Source: Halobacteriovoraceae bacterium (lineage in GTDB: Bacteria > Bdellovibrionota > Bacteriovoracia > Bacteriovoracales > Bacteriovoracaceae). From it: DNA of 64,000 nucleotides. The notes under the pieces are model-generated. The model saw only the letters and a list, made by a program, of their open reading frames with translations, searched no databases and was not told the DNA's origin. The stretch covers positions 640,001 to 704,000 of the forward strand of contig CAVRCF010000001.1 in the NCBI GenBank assembly GCA_963719505.1. The letters run 5' to 3'. The position numbers were made by a program, and so were the translations under genes. Below are positions 27,323-35,661 of the stretch, one piece after another (the stretch's first letter is position 1; the number at the start of each line of letters is the position of its first letter).

Positions 27323-28340
27323 ATTATACTTCCTAATATTTACTCTCTTTGGTTGTGCTCAAGTCACTAGCCTTAACCTTCAAAAGCACCAATTTGGTCA
27401 AATCCCAACAAAAATTGTGTGGATACAAGTTGCGGGTTTTGAAGAGGAGCATCTCGCAACCCTAAAATTTGATTCAAACGCTAAAGCTGAAACTTTATCT
27501 TTTGAAAAGTTTCTCTGTTTGGGTAAAGCTTGGGAGTATAACCTTTACGATATTCGTCCTTCTTCGAGCTCTAGTTTTATAGGACAGTTGACGGGAGAAA
27601 AAAATATTAAAAATACTTGTGAAGACTATCAGAAGACACCCATTTGGAGTCTTATTTCTAAAAATAGTTATAAAGTCGGTGCTTTCGAAAATGGGGCAGG
27701 TAAAGATCAGAGCCTAGAGGCAGCAAAAGAGTGTGGAGAAGATGGTAAAAATTTCTTAGAGGATCTTACTCTTTGGAAAATGGCAAAAGCTCCGAGCAAG
27801 TCTAATTCCTTTTTCCACGTAAACGAAAAATCTATTTTTGATAAAGATACAACTTACTATGATAGAAGTTGTCTCACAGGAGAGTGTTACTCAAACCTGT
27901 CCCAAAATATTAAGTCAGTTTTTAGTCAATTTTCTCGAAAGTCTGATCGATATTTATTTGTGGTGAGAGACTTTAAGTACCAGAATGATTTAAAAAGTAG
28001 AAATTATTCTAAGTATAAAACAAGTTTGAGTGAACTCGAGAAAACGGTAGACTATTTTTTGGATCTCGCAAAAGAGAGTAAAAACATGCTCATCCTTTTA
28101 ACCAGCGCAAGCTCTCAAGGTTTAGACTTTCCAAAACGTGGTAATCAGTGGAAAGAATTTGAAAAAAGTGGGCGTTATCTAAACCAGAAAAAGTCTAAGC
28201 TTATAAGTACAGTTATGGCCTCTGGAGCAAGAGCAGAAAACTTTTGTGGTATTTACAATCAGAGTGAAATTTTGACAAGAGTCTTTAGCGGCTCGAAACA
28301 GCAGGGGCTTGAACTTGCCATCATCAACCCTTTTGATTAG
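27312..28340 (+). CDS. Lipoprotein with degenerate alkaline-phosphatase-like fold
   Basis: Lipobox LFGC; KIVWIQVAG, LTGEK, NMLILLTS and VMASGARAENFCGIYNQSEI echo AP-superfamily segments. Confidence 0.55.
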   Translation: MKFKLYFLIFTLFGCAQVTSLNLQKHQFGQIPTKIVWIQVAGFEEEHLATLKFDSNAKAETLSFEKFLCLGKAWEYNLYDIRPSSSSSFIGQLTGEKNIKNTCEDYQKTPIWSLISKNSYKVGAFENGAGKDQSLEAAKECGEDGKNFLEDLTLWKMAKAPSKSNSFFHVNEKSIFDKDTTYYDRSCLTGECYSNLSQNIKSVFSQFSRKSDRYLFVVRDFKYQNDLKSRNYSKYKTSLSELEKTVDYFLDLAKESKNMLILLTSASSQGLDFPKRGNQWKEFEKSGRYLNQKKSKLISTVMASGARAENFCGIYNQSEILTRVFSGSKQQGLELAIINPFD

Positions 28341-28348
28341 GAAATAAT

Positions 28349-28375
28349 TTAAGTTTTAGAACGATTGTCCGATAA
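28349..28375 (+). promoter_or_regulatory. Putative sigma28 (FliA) promoter
   Basis: TTAAGTTT-N11-TCCGATAA versus consensus TAAAGTTT-N11-GCCGATAA. Confidence 0.65.
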
Positions 28376-28382
28376 GATTAGT

Positions 28383-28477
28383 ATCTTTCTTAAATGGAAA
28401 GAGAACCACTTCGTGAGAGACAGGTTTCAACAACACAAAAAGGTTAAAATGCCCCATTGGAATCAATGGGGCTTTTT
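28383..28477 (+). ncRNA. Candidate ~95-nt structured small RNA
   Basis: Bounded by a sigma28-like promoter and a strong terminator; two internal hairpins. Confidence 0.45.
28451..28477 (+). terminator. Intrinsic terminator
   Basis: GCCCCATTG-gaat-CAATGGGGC-TTTTT. Confidence 0.85.
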
Positions 28478-28482
28478 GTTTA

Positions 28483-28499
28483 TTGGCACGAAGATTGCT
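28483..28499 (+). promoter_or_regulatory. Sigma54 (-24/-12) promoter
   Basis: TTGGCACGAAGATTGCT matches TGGCAC-N5-TTGC exactly. Confidence 0.8.
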
Positions 28500-28581
28500 T
28501 CTAGAGAGGTATAAAGCTTAGTTTAACGGCCCCAATTGGGAAATAACTGTATAAAGCTTTTACACTTTAGGGAGTACTGTC

Positions 28582-28833
28582 ATGAAGTTAGCCATTCAAC
28601 TATTCCTACTTTCTTCAGCCTTTTCTAGTGCTTTTGCGTCCAATAAACTAGTGGAAATGATTCGAGTCAATCAAATAGAAAAAACGAATGAATACATTGA
28701 GCTAAATAAAAGGAGCATCACTCAGAACTCCGCAAAAGAGGCTTTGGAATATATAAATCTCAACTCACTTCAGTCAGATTCATTTAAAAATATTGAAATT
28801 ATTCAGCGCCTGCGAGAAATTGCATTCAACTAA
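28582..28833 (+). CDS. Small secreted hypothetical protein
   Basis: RBS AGGGAG; signal peptide ending AFA; downstream of sigma54 promoter. Confidence 0.7.
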   Translation: MKLAIQLFLLSSAFSSAFASNKLVEMIRVNQIEKTNEYIELNKRSITQNSAKEALEYINLNSLQSDSFKNIEIIQRLREIAFN

Positions 28834-30472
28834 CCTTCTTGGGTATATAGCTTGCTATTCTCTCCGCATTTGCCGCGATGGTGAGTGAGGGATTGGGACC
28901 AAGTGAGCTTGGAATAATACTACCATCAATAATATAGAGACCCTCATGCCCGTAGGCTTGTCCTTTCTCGTTGACCACAGAAGTCTTGGGGTCCTCACCC
29001 ATAATACAACCACCAAGAGGATGAACAGCAAAAATCTTATCAACGGCCATAAAGGGGTTGGGCATAAAAATTCCATTCCATTTTTTTGTATAGCGACGAA
29101 GTTCTTTTTCAACTCTTTTGAAATGAAGTTCTGAGTCGTGAAGATTCCAGCGGACTTTAAATTCACCTTCTTCTTCTACCATTTTTCCTGTATTTCTATC
29201 TCTTCCCATGGCAAGGTGGACGAACATATTGCGGACAAACTGATCACTATCTAATGCATTGGAAAACTCATGACCAAGGTTTACTTCGGACTTAAATTGA
29301 GAAATTCCAAGGACTCGTTTGAGAAAACGAATAAAAGTAAAATGAAGAAACTTAATTTCATTCCAAATAGAACTTGCTTGAGGAAGCTTTCCAGCTAGAT
29401 ACCAAGCGAGTCCGGCTGGAGCTCCAGCATCCTCAAGATACATCACATGTTTGTAGCCATCAGGGTATGGTGTCATCTTGTATTTGATTGCGGTTGTTAT
29501 AACTGGTCCCTTGGTTGGGTCAAAAGTTTTATCAGTGAAGTTACTGTAGGCCAGAAAATCACCATTTCCGCACAAACCTTTTCCTAGATGAGAACTTAAG
29601 CGGTTAAGATTTCCATTTTTGACTTGTTTCATGAGAAGTCTTGTGCTTCCTATGGCCCCTGCGCTAACAACAACTTTTTTAGCAGCTATTGTTGTCATTT
29701 TTTTGGTTCTAGGATTTATGTAGCGAACTCTAAACATATCTCCTTCATCAATAATATCTGTAACCTCAGCATTGGTTCTAATATCAGCTCCATTTTTTCT
29801 AGCAAGAAAAAGATAGTTCAAGTCCAGAGTATTCTTGGCGTGTATATTACAGCCGATATCGCATTCACCACACTTATTACACTTTGATTGAATAGCTCCG
29901 TGTTTATTTTTTGTTTGCTCTCCTGGAAAGGAGCCTTTAAAGTTTATCGCCAAGTCGGGGGCAATGACTTCAGGTTTCTCAAGCATATCCTCTGTCATCT
30001 CCATCTGAGTGGCGGTCTCTCGATAAATTCTCGCCTTAGGAGTGTCTCGGTAGTCTGGATCTGTTTCAAGGGGGTAGGGAGATGCTTCCATCATTTCCAG
30101 TACAGTCTTATAAAATGGCTCAAAGGTTTTTGCGTTTAATTGAAAAGGCCAGTTAGAGAAATACTCTTCTTCTAAGCGCAATAAAACATTCGCGTATATA
30201 AGGGATCCTCCTCCAAGGCCAGATCCCGTGACGGATAAGTAATCGCTGCTGGCGTCATCTCTTATTTCCATAAAACCAAACTTTTGATCTTTAGGTTCCC
30301 AAAAAAGTTTTTCTTTGATTTCGTGGATACGCCTAGGAAATGACTGCATTGGATACTCAGACCCCCTTTCCAAAAGACATGTTTTATAGCCTTTTTCGAC
30401 AAGTCGATGAGTCATGACAGAGCCGCCAAAGCCTGAACCAATAACAATATAATCAAACATTATCTCTTTCAT
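28826..30472 (-). CDS. GMC oxidoreductase, cholesterol-oxidase-like
   Basis: IGSGFGG, LLERG, GLGGGSLIYANV, CNKCGECDIGC..HAKNTLD.NYL, HPLGGC, GPNPSLTIAA. Confidence 0.88.
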   Translation of the reverse strand: MKEIMFDYIVIGSGFGGSVMTHRLVEKGYKTCLLERGSEYPMQSFPRRIHEIKEKLFWEPKDQKFGFMEIRDDASSDYLSVTGSGLGGGSLIYANVLLRLEEEYFSNWPFQLNAKTFEPFYKTVLEMMEASPYPLETDPDYRDTPKARIYRETATQMEMTEDMLEKPEVIAPDLAINFKGSFPGEQTKNKHGAIQSKCNKCGECDIGCNIHAKNTLDLNYLFLARKNGADIRTNAEVTDIIDEGDMFRVRYINPRTKKMTTIAAKKVVVSAGAIGSTRLLMKQVKNGNLNRLSSHLGKGLCGNGDFLAYSNFTDKTFDPTKGPVITTAIKYKMTPYPDGYKHVMYLEDAGAPAGLAWYLAGKLPQASSIWNEIKFLHFTFIRFLKRVLGISQFKSEVNLGHEFSNALDSDQFVRNMFVHLAMGRDRNTGKMVEEEGEFKVRWNLHDSELHFKRVEKELRRYTKKWNGIFMPNPFMAVDKIFAVHPLGGCIMGEDPKTSVVNEKGQAYGHEGLYIIDGSIIPSSLGPNPSLTIAANAERIASYIPKKVS

Positions 30473-30480
30473 ATAGTTCC

Positions 30481-31587
30481 TTAAACGACTGTTAGATTAA
30501 AACTTGGGAGGACTTCATAGAGAACCGTTCTTCTATGATCCATGATTGCGTCGTGAAAAAGTTTCCAAGGAGAATCTAAAAAACATTTTGTGAATTTAAT
30601 ATTTTCGGAAATACCATTGAGTTTATCGGGAAGTTGAAATTTGAGTTGGTTTTTCCAGCCCATCACCCCTTCGCCTCGATAGTCTATCTCTTCTGCTCCA
30701 AAGCTAAAGAGACCATTTCGAATCTCATCTATCCAGGCTGTACAGCGAACATGTTGATCGTCGTTTGTGATTCCAAGAAATAAGTCCTCTATTTTTTTTC
30801 TATCTTCTTCAGGTATTGAATGCATCACCAGTGCGTCTTCATTCTCTCTGTAGCTTCTAAGAGCTGAATAGAGATGATCAGCTGCTTCCATAAAAATTTT
30901 AGTATTATCTCTTCTAACTACTTTTCCGGCATAGTTTATATACTGCCACTTTAAAAAAGGTTTATCTGGCATGCTTAAAGCGGGTCCGTGTCCCAGTGGA
31001 GAATATTCTGTCAGGAGAAAGGAGAAAATTTTCTCCCACCATCTTTTTTTAAAGTAAGCTTTAATTCTCATTGTGTGAGTGGTGTGTGTGGTTCCATCAT
31101 CAAAATCAAGAATCTTTTCAACCTCGTTAACCCTATGTGAGATCCCACAAAATTTCTGATGGGCCCAAGTATCGGCGTAAACATGCATTGTAATGCCCAG
31201 CTGATAAAGATTGTAGGGCTTATTTTTTTTAGCAAAGACCTTCTTAAGCATAAGCTTGGCAACATCACTATTGGGTTGGCAAATAAGTCTTTTTACAAAT
31301 GAATCTTCACCTTCAAAGAGTGGGTCATCACTTATATTGCCAGGTAAAAAGTGAAAGGGAATCCAACTATAGTGATTTTGAAGCTGTTCAAAATTTCTAT
31401 AATCGAGCATTTTGTGAGCAGAAGCGAAAAATTCATAACCGGCATAGTTGTCGAAGAGAAGTCTTCCTGAGTCTGTGGCATCATCAATAAATTGTGAACT
31501 CGAAGCGATGATCTCTGATTCATTTTTTTCAAATCCAGCAAGTCTTGCAAGAACATAAGTTGTTGTAAAATGAAAATCTTTTTGCAT
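30481..31587 (-). CDS. DUF6765-like protein, probable Zn-dependent phospholipase C/P1-nuclease-like fold
   Basis: MQKDFH..TYVLARLAGF, SQFIDD, PFHFLPG, LGITMHVYADTWAHQ.F. Confidence 0.7.
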   Translation of the reverse strand: MQKDFHFTTTYVLARLAGFEKNESEIIASSSQFIDDATDSGRLLFDNYAGYEFFASAHKMLDYRNFEQLQNHYSWIPFHFLPGNISDDPLFEGEDSFVKRLICQPNSDVAKLMLKKVFAKKNKPYNLYQLGITMHVYADTWAHQKFCGISHRVNEVEKILDFDDGTTHTTHTMRIKAYFKKRWWEKIFSFLLTEYSPLGHGPALSMPDKPFLKWQYINYAGKVVRRDNTKIFMEAADHLYSALRSYRENEDALVMHSIPEEDRKKIEDLFLGITNDDQHVRCTAWIDEIRNGLFSFGAEEIDYRGEGVMGWKNQLKFQLPDKLNGISENIKFTKCFLDSPWKLFHDAIMDHRRTVLYEVLPSFNLTVV

Positions 31588-31588
31588 A

Positions 31589-33340
31589 CTACTCTCTATT
31601 CCTATTTAAAAATTCAATAAAAGTTGGGAAGACATCTTCAGATGCTTTCTCTCCAATAAAAATATCTTGATGACCATAACCATCAATCTCTTTGAAGGAA
31701 ATTTCTTGCTGAGGGGAGATTTTCGATATCTGCTCAAACGTTAGCTTATTGGATTCTGGAAAAATTTTATTCTTATTTCCTGATATAAAAAGTGTGGGAG
31801 GCAATGTTACATCCTTCAAGTTTTGTAGATAGCTCTTTGGAAGATCTTTGAAATCATTTTTTCTTTGAAACGGAATACTTTCTTTATTCTTAATCATCTT
31901 ACTAATATGTCTGTAGTAATAGGTCGTCGTCGCTCCAAAAAGATCTTTGATCCTTTTGTGGGTAAGAGGATGAAGATTTTTGTGCTCGTAAGCAGCCGGA
32001 AAGCCCCAACCCCACATGAAGCTTGTCATATGGCATGCGGGCTCTTTGCATTCTCTTCTTATTAGACTTTGGAAGATAGAGAGCCATTTCGCAAATGAAT
32101 GGCCAGGCATGTAAGGAATTTGAGGTGAAAGATAGGGGTATCGAAAGATATTATCTAGAAAAAAAGGAGCTATCTTAATTTTTAATTTTGCAATCGCGGG
32201 GACTTGAGGTGTAAAGGAGACGCTATTGCTGATAAAGCTTTTTATTCCAGTGACTTTTTGTGCCGATAAAGCAGCGCTCATGGCAATAGAGCCGATACAA
32301 TGGGCAATAACATGTATATTAGTGTCCTCTGGAACCACTGACCGAATCTTTGCAAAAGCTGCAGGAAGGTCGTACTGAACGATATGATCATAGGTATATT
32401 TATTGGGGATATAATTATATTTGTGTCGTCCGCTACCTCGCCAGTCTATTGAAAAAATATCTGTGTAGTTGCTATTATTTAGGTATTGAACAAGATTATA
32501 GTGCTCTGGCATTATAAACATATCAGTTGCAGTCGAAAGTCCATGAAGAAGAACCACGACGTCTTTGCAGTCCTTACTTTTAAATCTATCGACCTGAATG
32601 GTTAGACCATCTTCTGTATCGACATGGTAGTGGGTCACCTCAGCATTTGAAACCCCTCTACTAGTATGGACTGGGAATATATGCTCGTCCCATTCATGTT
32701 TTTCCGGATTAAAGAGCTCTGGGGTATAAGACTCCCAGAGATTCTCAGCAAAAACGTTCATGAATTTATAAATACTATGTGCTCTCACTAGAACTGAAGG
32801 TGAGTTAGAATTTAAAGTCATCATCTGTTTTGTAAAGTCTTTGAGATTTAATCTGAGTACACCAGCATAAAGGGGATCTTCACGTTGTTCGCCTTTATAA
32901 ATTTGTGTGTAAAGAGTTGTTGTATCTTTCCACATTTGAATGGGATCTTGTTTGTGGACATTTTTAAAGCCGTAGAAGGTATGGACTTCATTTTTTTGAT
33001 CTTTAAATTTTAAAGTGTAGTGCATCTCCTTAATAGCATCAAAGTCTCGCGAGCTAGATGAGGGAACAAAGAGGTTGAAAATTCCATTGATAACCTCGCA
33101 TCGACCACCAAAAAGAGGTGAGTCAATGTAGCCGTTGGCTTCAGCTGTTAAATCTTTATCGTTTATAAAGTCATCTATGTTTGGGATATTTATAGTGAGT
33201 CTAAACTTTAAACTCTGGCTCTTTGTTTCCCCTTCAGCTGCCAGGGAAGTAAAGCTTTTAGCTGTTGCATCGAAAGATTGGTCAGTAGTGCCAACAAAAC
33301 CGTGCATGTCTTCTGTAAAGTAAACTGATTCACTTGTCAT
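31589..33340 (-). CDS. Alpha/beta hydrolase (Cys nucleophile elbow) with N-terminal beta domain of the type linked to cholesterol oxidases
   Basis: FTEDMHGF, WKDTTTLY, LLHGL, IDWRGSG, IAHCIGS, GYGHQDIF; RBS GGAG before ATG 33340. Confidence 0.8.
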   Translation of the reverse strand: MTSESVYFTEDMHGFVGTTDQSFDATAKSFTSLAAEGETKSQSLKFRLTINIPNIDDFINDKDLTAEANGYIDSPLFGGRCEVINGIFNLFVPSSSSRDFDAIKEMHYTLKFKDQKNEVHTFYGFKNVHKQDPIQMWKDTTTLYTQIYKGEQREDPLYAGVLRLNLKDFTKQMMTLNSNSPSVLVRAHSIYKFMNVFAENLWESYTPELFNPEKHEWDEHIFPVHTSRGVSNAEVTHYHVDTEDGLTIQVDRFKSKDCKDVVVLLHGLSTATDMFIMPEHYNLVQYLNNSNYTDIFSIDWRGSGRHKYNYIPNKYTYDHIVQYDLPAAFAKIRSVVPEDTNIHVIAHCIGSIAMSAALSAQKVTGIKSFISNSVSFTPQVPAIAKLKIKIAPFFLDNIFRYPYLSPQIPYMPGHSFAKWLSIFQSLIRRECKEPACHMTSFMWGWGFPAAYEHKNLHPLTHKRIKDLFGATTTYYYRHISKMIKNKESIPFQRKNDFKDLPKSYLQNLKDVTLPPTLFISGNKNKIFPESNKLTFEQISKISPQQEISFKEIDGYGHQDIFIGEKASEDVFPTFIEFLNRNRE

Positions 33341-33474
33341 GAGCTCTCCAACAATAAATATTTTTAAGTTTTGATTATAGGTATAGAGGGGACCTGCATG
33401 ATACTTAAGAATATTTAATACATTTATTGCCGATCTATTGAACGATATCAGAGTTATCAAGTACACTTAAGTCT

Positions 33475-34752
33475 ATGCTGAAGTTCTTATCTAAAATGCT
33501 ACCCGCGAGTTTTAAATCTTTAACTCTAGAAGACCAACGAAAGTGGACCATCGTCTTTGCGATGAATTTTGTGACAGTTGGAATTCAATCTTTTTATCTC
33601 TATCGCTTTAATACTCGCTACGATCTACCTTTTGCAAATTATGTGATCCTCACATGCATGGGTCTTAATCTGTTGGCGATTTATTTTGCTTTTAAAAAAG
33701 AATATCAAAAAGCGGCCATTTTAGTTCTCATTCCTGGAACAATAGATTTAATTTATCTTATATATGTAGCCGGAGGAATTTCTGCTCCAGGAACTTTCTG
33801 GCTCGCTGTTTTACCTCTTTTCTACGGAGCTTTCTTTGGCAAAAAGGGTGCTGTTGTTGGCTCGTTGATAACGTTTTCCACTTATGGTCTTTATGTCCTT
33901 CTCCATAATTTAGGCTTTAAAGAAACTGTGGTTATAAATGAAGAAGACATGTATTTCGAAAGGCTCTCAAACCTCTTCAACTACACTCTCATAACGGCTC
34001 TCTATTATATCAGCTACACAGCAGCTTTTGAGCGTTCCAACAAGAAACTAAGTGCTTCCAAAGATCTGATTGATAATCTTTTCAGAGTCGTCTTGCACGA
34101 TATTACAAACCCCATCTCCGCTTTAAAGATGAGACTTGAACTGATGAAAAGAAAATCAAGTGATCAGGACATGGTGAATTTTGAAAAAATGGAAAAGTCT
34201 TTAAGGAAAGTAACGAGTATTTTAGAAAACTTGAGAAGTTTCAAGGCCATCGATGATGGTGTCATCTCTATACCAATGAGCGAGATTCCAATATCAAAAG
34301 CTATTACTCAGTTTGTGGAAGAGTCCGGAGATTTTGCTGCGGAGAAAGGGGTCGATTTAAAAGTGAATATAGACCTCACCCATAGTGCTAAGGTCTATGG
34401 AAATATAGAAACACTTTGTTCCCAGGTTTTTGCTAATATTTTTTCCAATGCTGTTAAGTTCTCTAAGCAAGGAGATATTATTACAGTGAAAGCCTATCAA
34501 GATGAAAGTGATGTTATTGTTGAGATCTCAGATAAAGGAATGGGTATTCCTGATAAAATTTTAGAAAATCTTTTTAGATTTGATAAACCAACGAGTCGAA
34601 TTGGTACAACTGGAGAGCAAGGAACAGGTTATGGCCTTCCTATAATGAAGTACTTCTTAGAGCTTATGAATGCAAATATTGAAGTTAGTACTTCAACTGA
34701 TGAAGGGCCAAAGCGTGGAACATCATTTAAAATGACGTTTCCTAGTCTATGA
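33475..34752 (+). CDS. Membrane sensor histidine kinase (no adjacent response regulator)
   Basis: About 6 TM; LHDITNP, NIFSNAVKF, DKGMGI, GTGYGLP. Confidence 0.92.
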   Translation: MLKFLSKMLPASFKSLTLEDQRKWTIVFAMNFVTVGIQSFYLYRFNTRYDLPFANYVILTCMGLNLLAIYFAFKKEYQKAAILVLIPGTIDLIYLIYVAGGISAPGTFWLAVLPLFYGAFFGKKGAVVGSLITFSTYGLYVLLHNLGFKETVVINEEDMYFERLSNLFNYTLITALYYISYTAAFERSNKKLSASKDLIDNLFRVVLHDITNPISALKMRLELMKRKSSDQDMVNFEKMEKSLRKVTSILENLRSFKAIDDGVISIPMSEIPISKAITQFVEESGDFAAEKGVDLKVNIDLTHSAKVYGNIETLCSQVFANIFSNAVKFSKQGDIITVKAYQDESDVIVEISDKGMGIPDKILENLFRFDKPTSRIGTTGEQGTGYGLPIMKYFLELMNANIEVSTSTDEGPKRGTSFKMTFPSL

Positions 34753-35580
34753 TTTCAAACTGAGCGAATCTTTTGTGAAAGTATAAGTGGTATTGCAGTA
34801 GTCACATCTCGTTTCTATTTTCTCTTCCTCTGAAAATAGATCGTCTAGGTCATTGCCTGAGAGGTTGCGAAGGTTTGTCGCCATTCTCTCTTCTGAACAT
34901 GGGCACTCAAACTTAACTTCTTTGCTATGAAGATAGTCAAAGTCATATTGCTCAACAAACTCTACGATGTCTTGAATCTCTCTTAACCCTTTATCAAACA
35001 ATTCAGTTATAAAAGAATTGTGCTGCAAGATAAATTCTTTCATCGGTATGTCATCGTCATCTTCAATAACTCTTTTGATATCAACTCTTGGGAGTTTTGT
35101 AATCATGACACTTTGATCAAGGTTTGTACTTGTAATGACCTGGCTATTTGTTTGATAAGACTCTTTTAAAATCTTATTGATAATCTCGTCGGGCTTCTCT
35201 TTTACTAGCTCTATGTTCGAAGTATAGGATCTTGAGTCAGTGAAGATTTTTGTGATTCTTGCCGCACCAGAAATTTCATTTGGAAATTGTTCAAATTCTT
35301 CTGGAAGGAGAAGAGTTCTCATTGACCCCGTAAAATTTGTCTCAATTTTAAACCGAAAATAAGGCTCATCAGAGTCAATATAGACACCTAGGCTCTCCCC
35401 AGACTTTAAAAAAGTAATCATCTGTTGCGTTGTTAAAATTGTCTTGGCGTAATACGGCTTCGCATTAACTCCAATATTGTGAATCTCACCAATTTCTTCC
35501 ATCAGTTTCGATCCCTCTAGAAAGTGAAGAGTAAAACCTTTTTTTGAATTAATGAAACTGTATAAGCGACTTTCTTTCAT
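34747..35580 (-). CDS. hslO: Hsp33 family redox-regulated chaperone
   Basis: C-terminal F.CPCS...CDYCN..Y.F zinc motif; start probably ATG 35580. Confidence 0.8.
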   Translation of the reverse strand: MKESRLYSFINSKKGFTLHFLEGSKLMEEIGEIHNIGVNAKPYYAKTILTTQQMITFLKSGESLGVYIDSDEPYFRFKIETNFTGSMRTLLLPEEFEQFPNEISGAARITKIFTDSRSYTSNIELVKEKPDEIINKILKESYQTNSQVITSTNLDQSVMITKLPRVDIKRVIEDDDDIPMKEFILQHNSFITELFDKGLREIQDIVEFVEQYDFDYLHSKEVKFECPCSEERMATNLRNLSGNDLDDLFSEEEKIETRCDYCNTTYTFTKDSLSLKS

Positions 35581-35661
35581 GGATATTCCGTTTGTTCGTT
35601 GATACTTTTTTATGTAGTATTTAATCAATATCGGGCATTAATTCTAGTAGAAAATACCTTA

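Noticed and set aside
28383-28450. c-di-GMP-I (GEMM) riboswitch identity for the candidate sRNA
   Set aside because: Has a GNRA hairpin but lacks the GCAAA junction and second receptor stem
33405-33440. GCCGATCT as a sigma28 -10 before the histidine kinase
   Set aside because: No acceptable -35 at the right spacing
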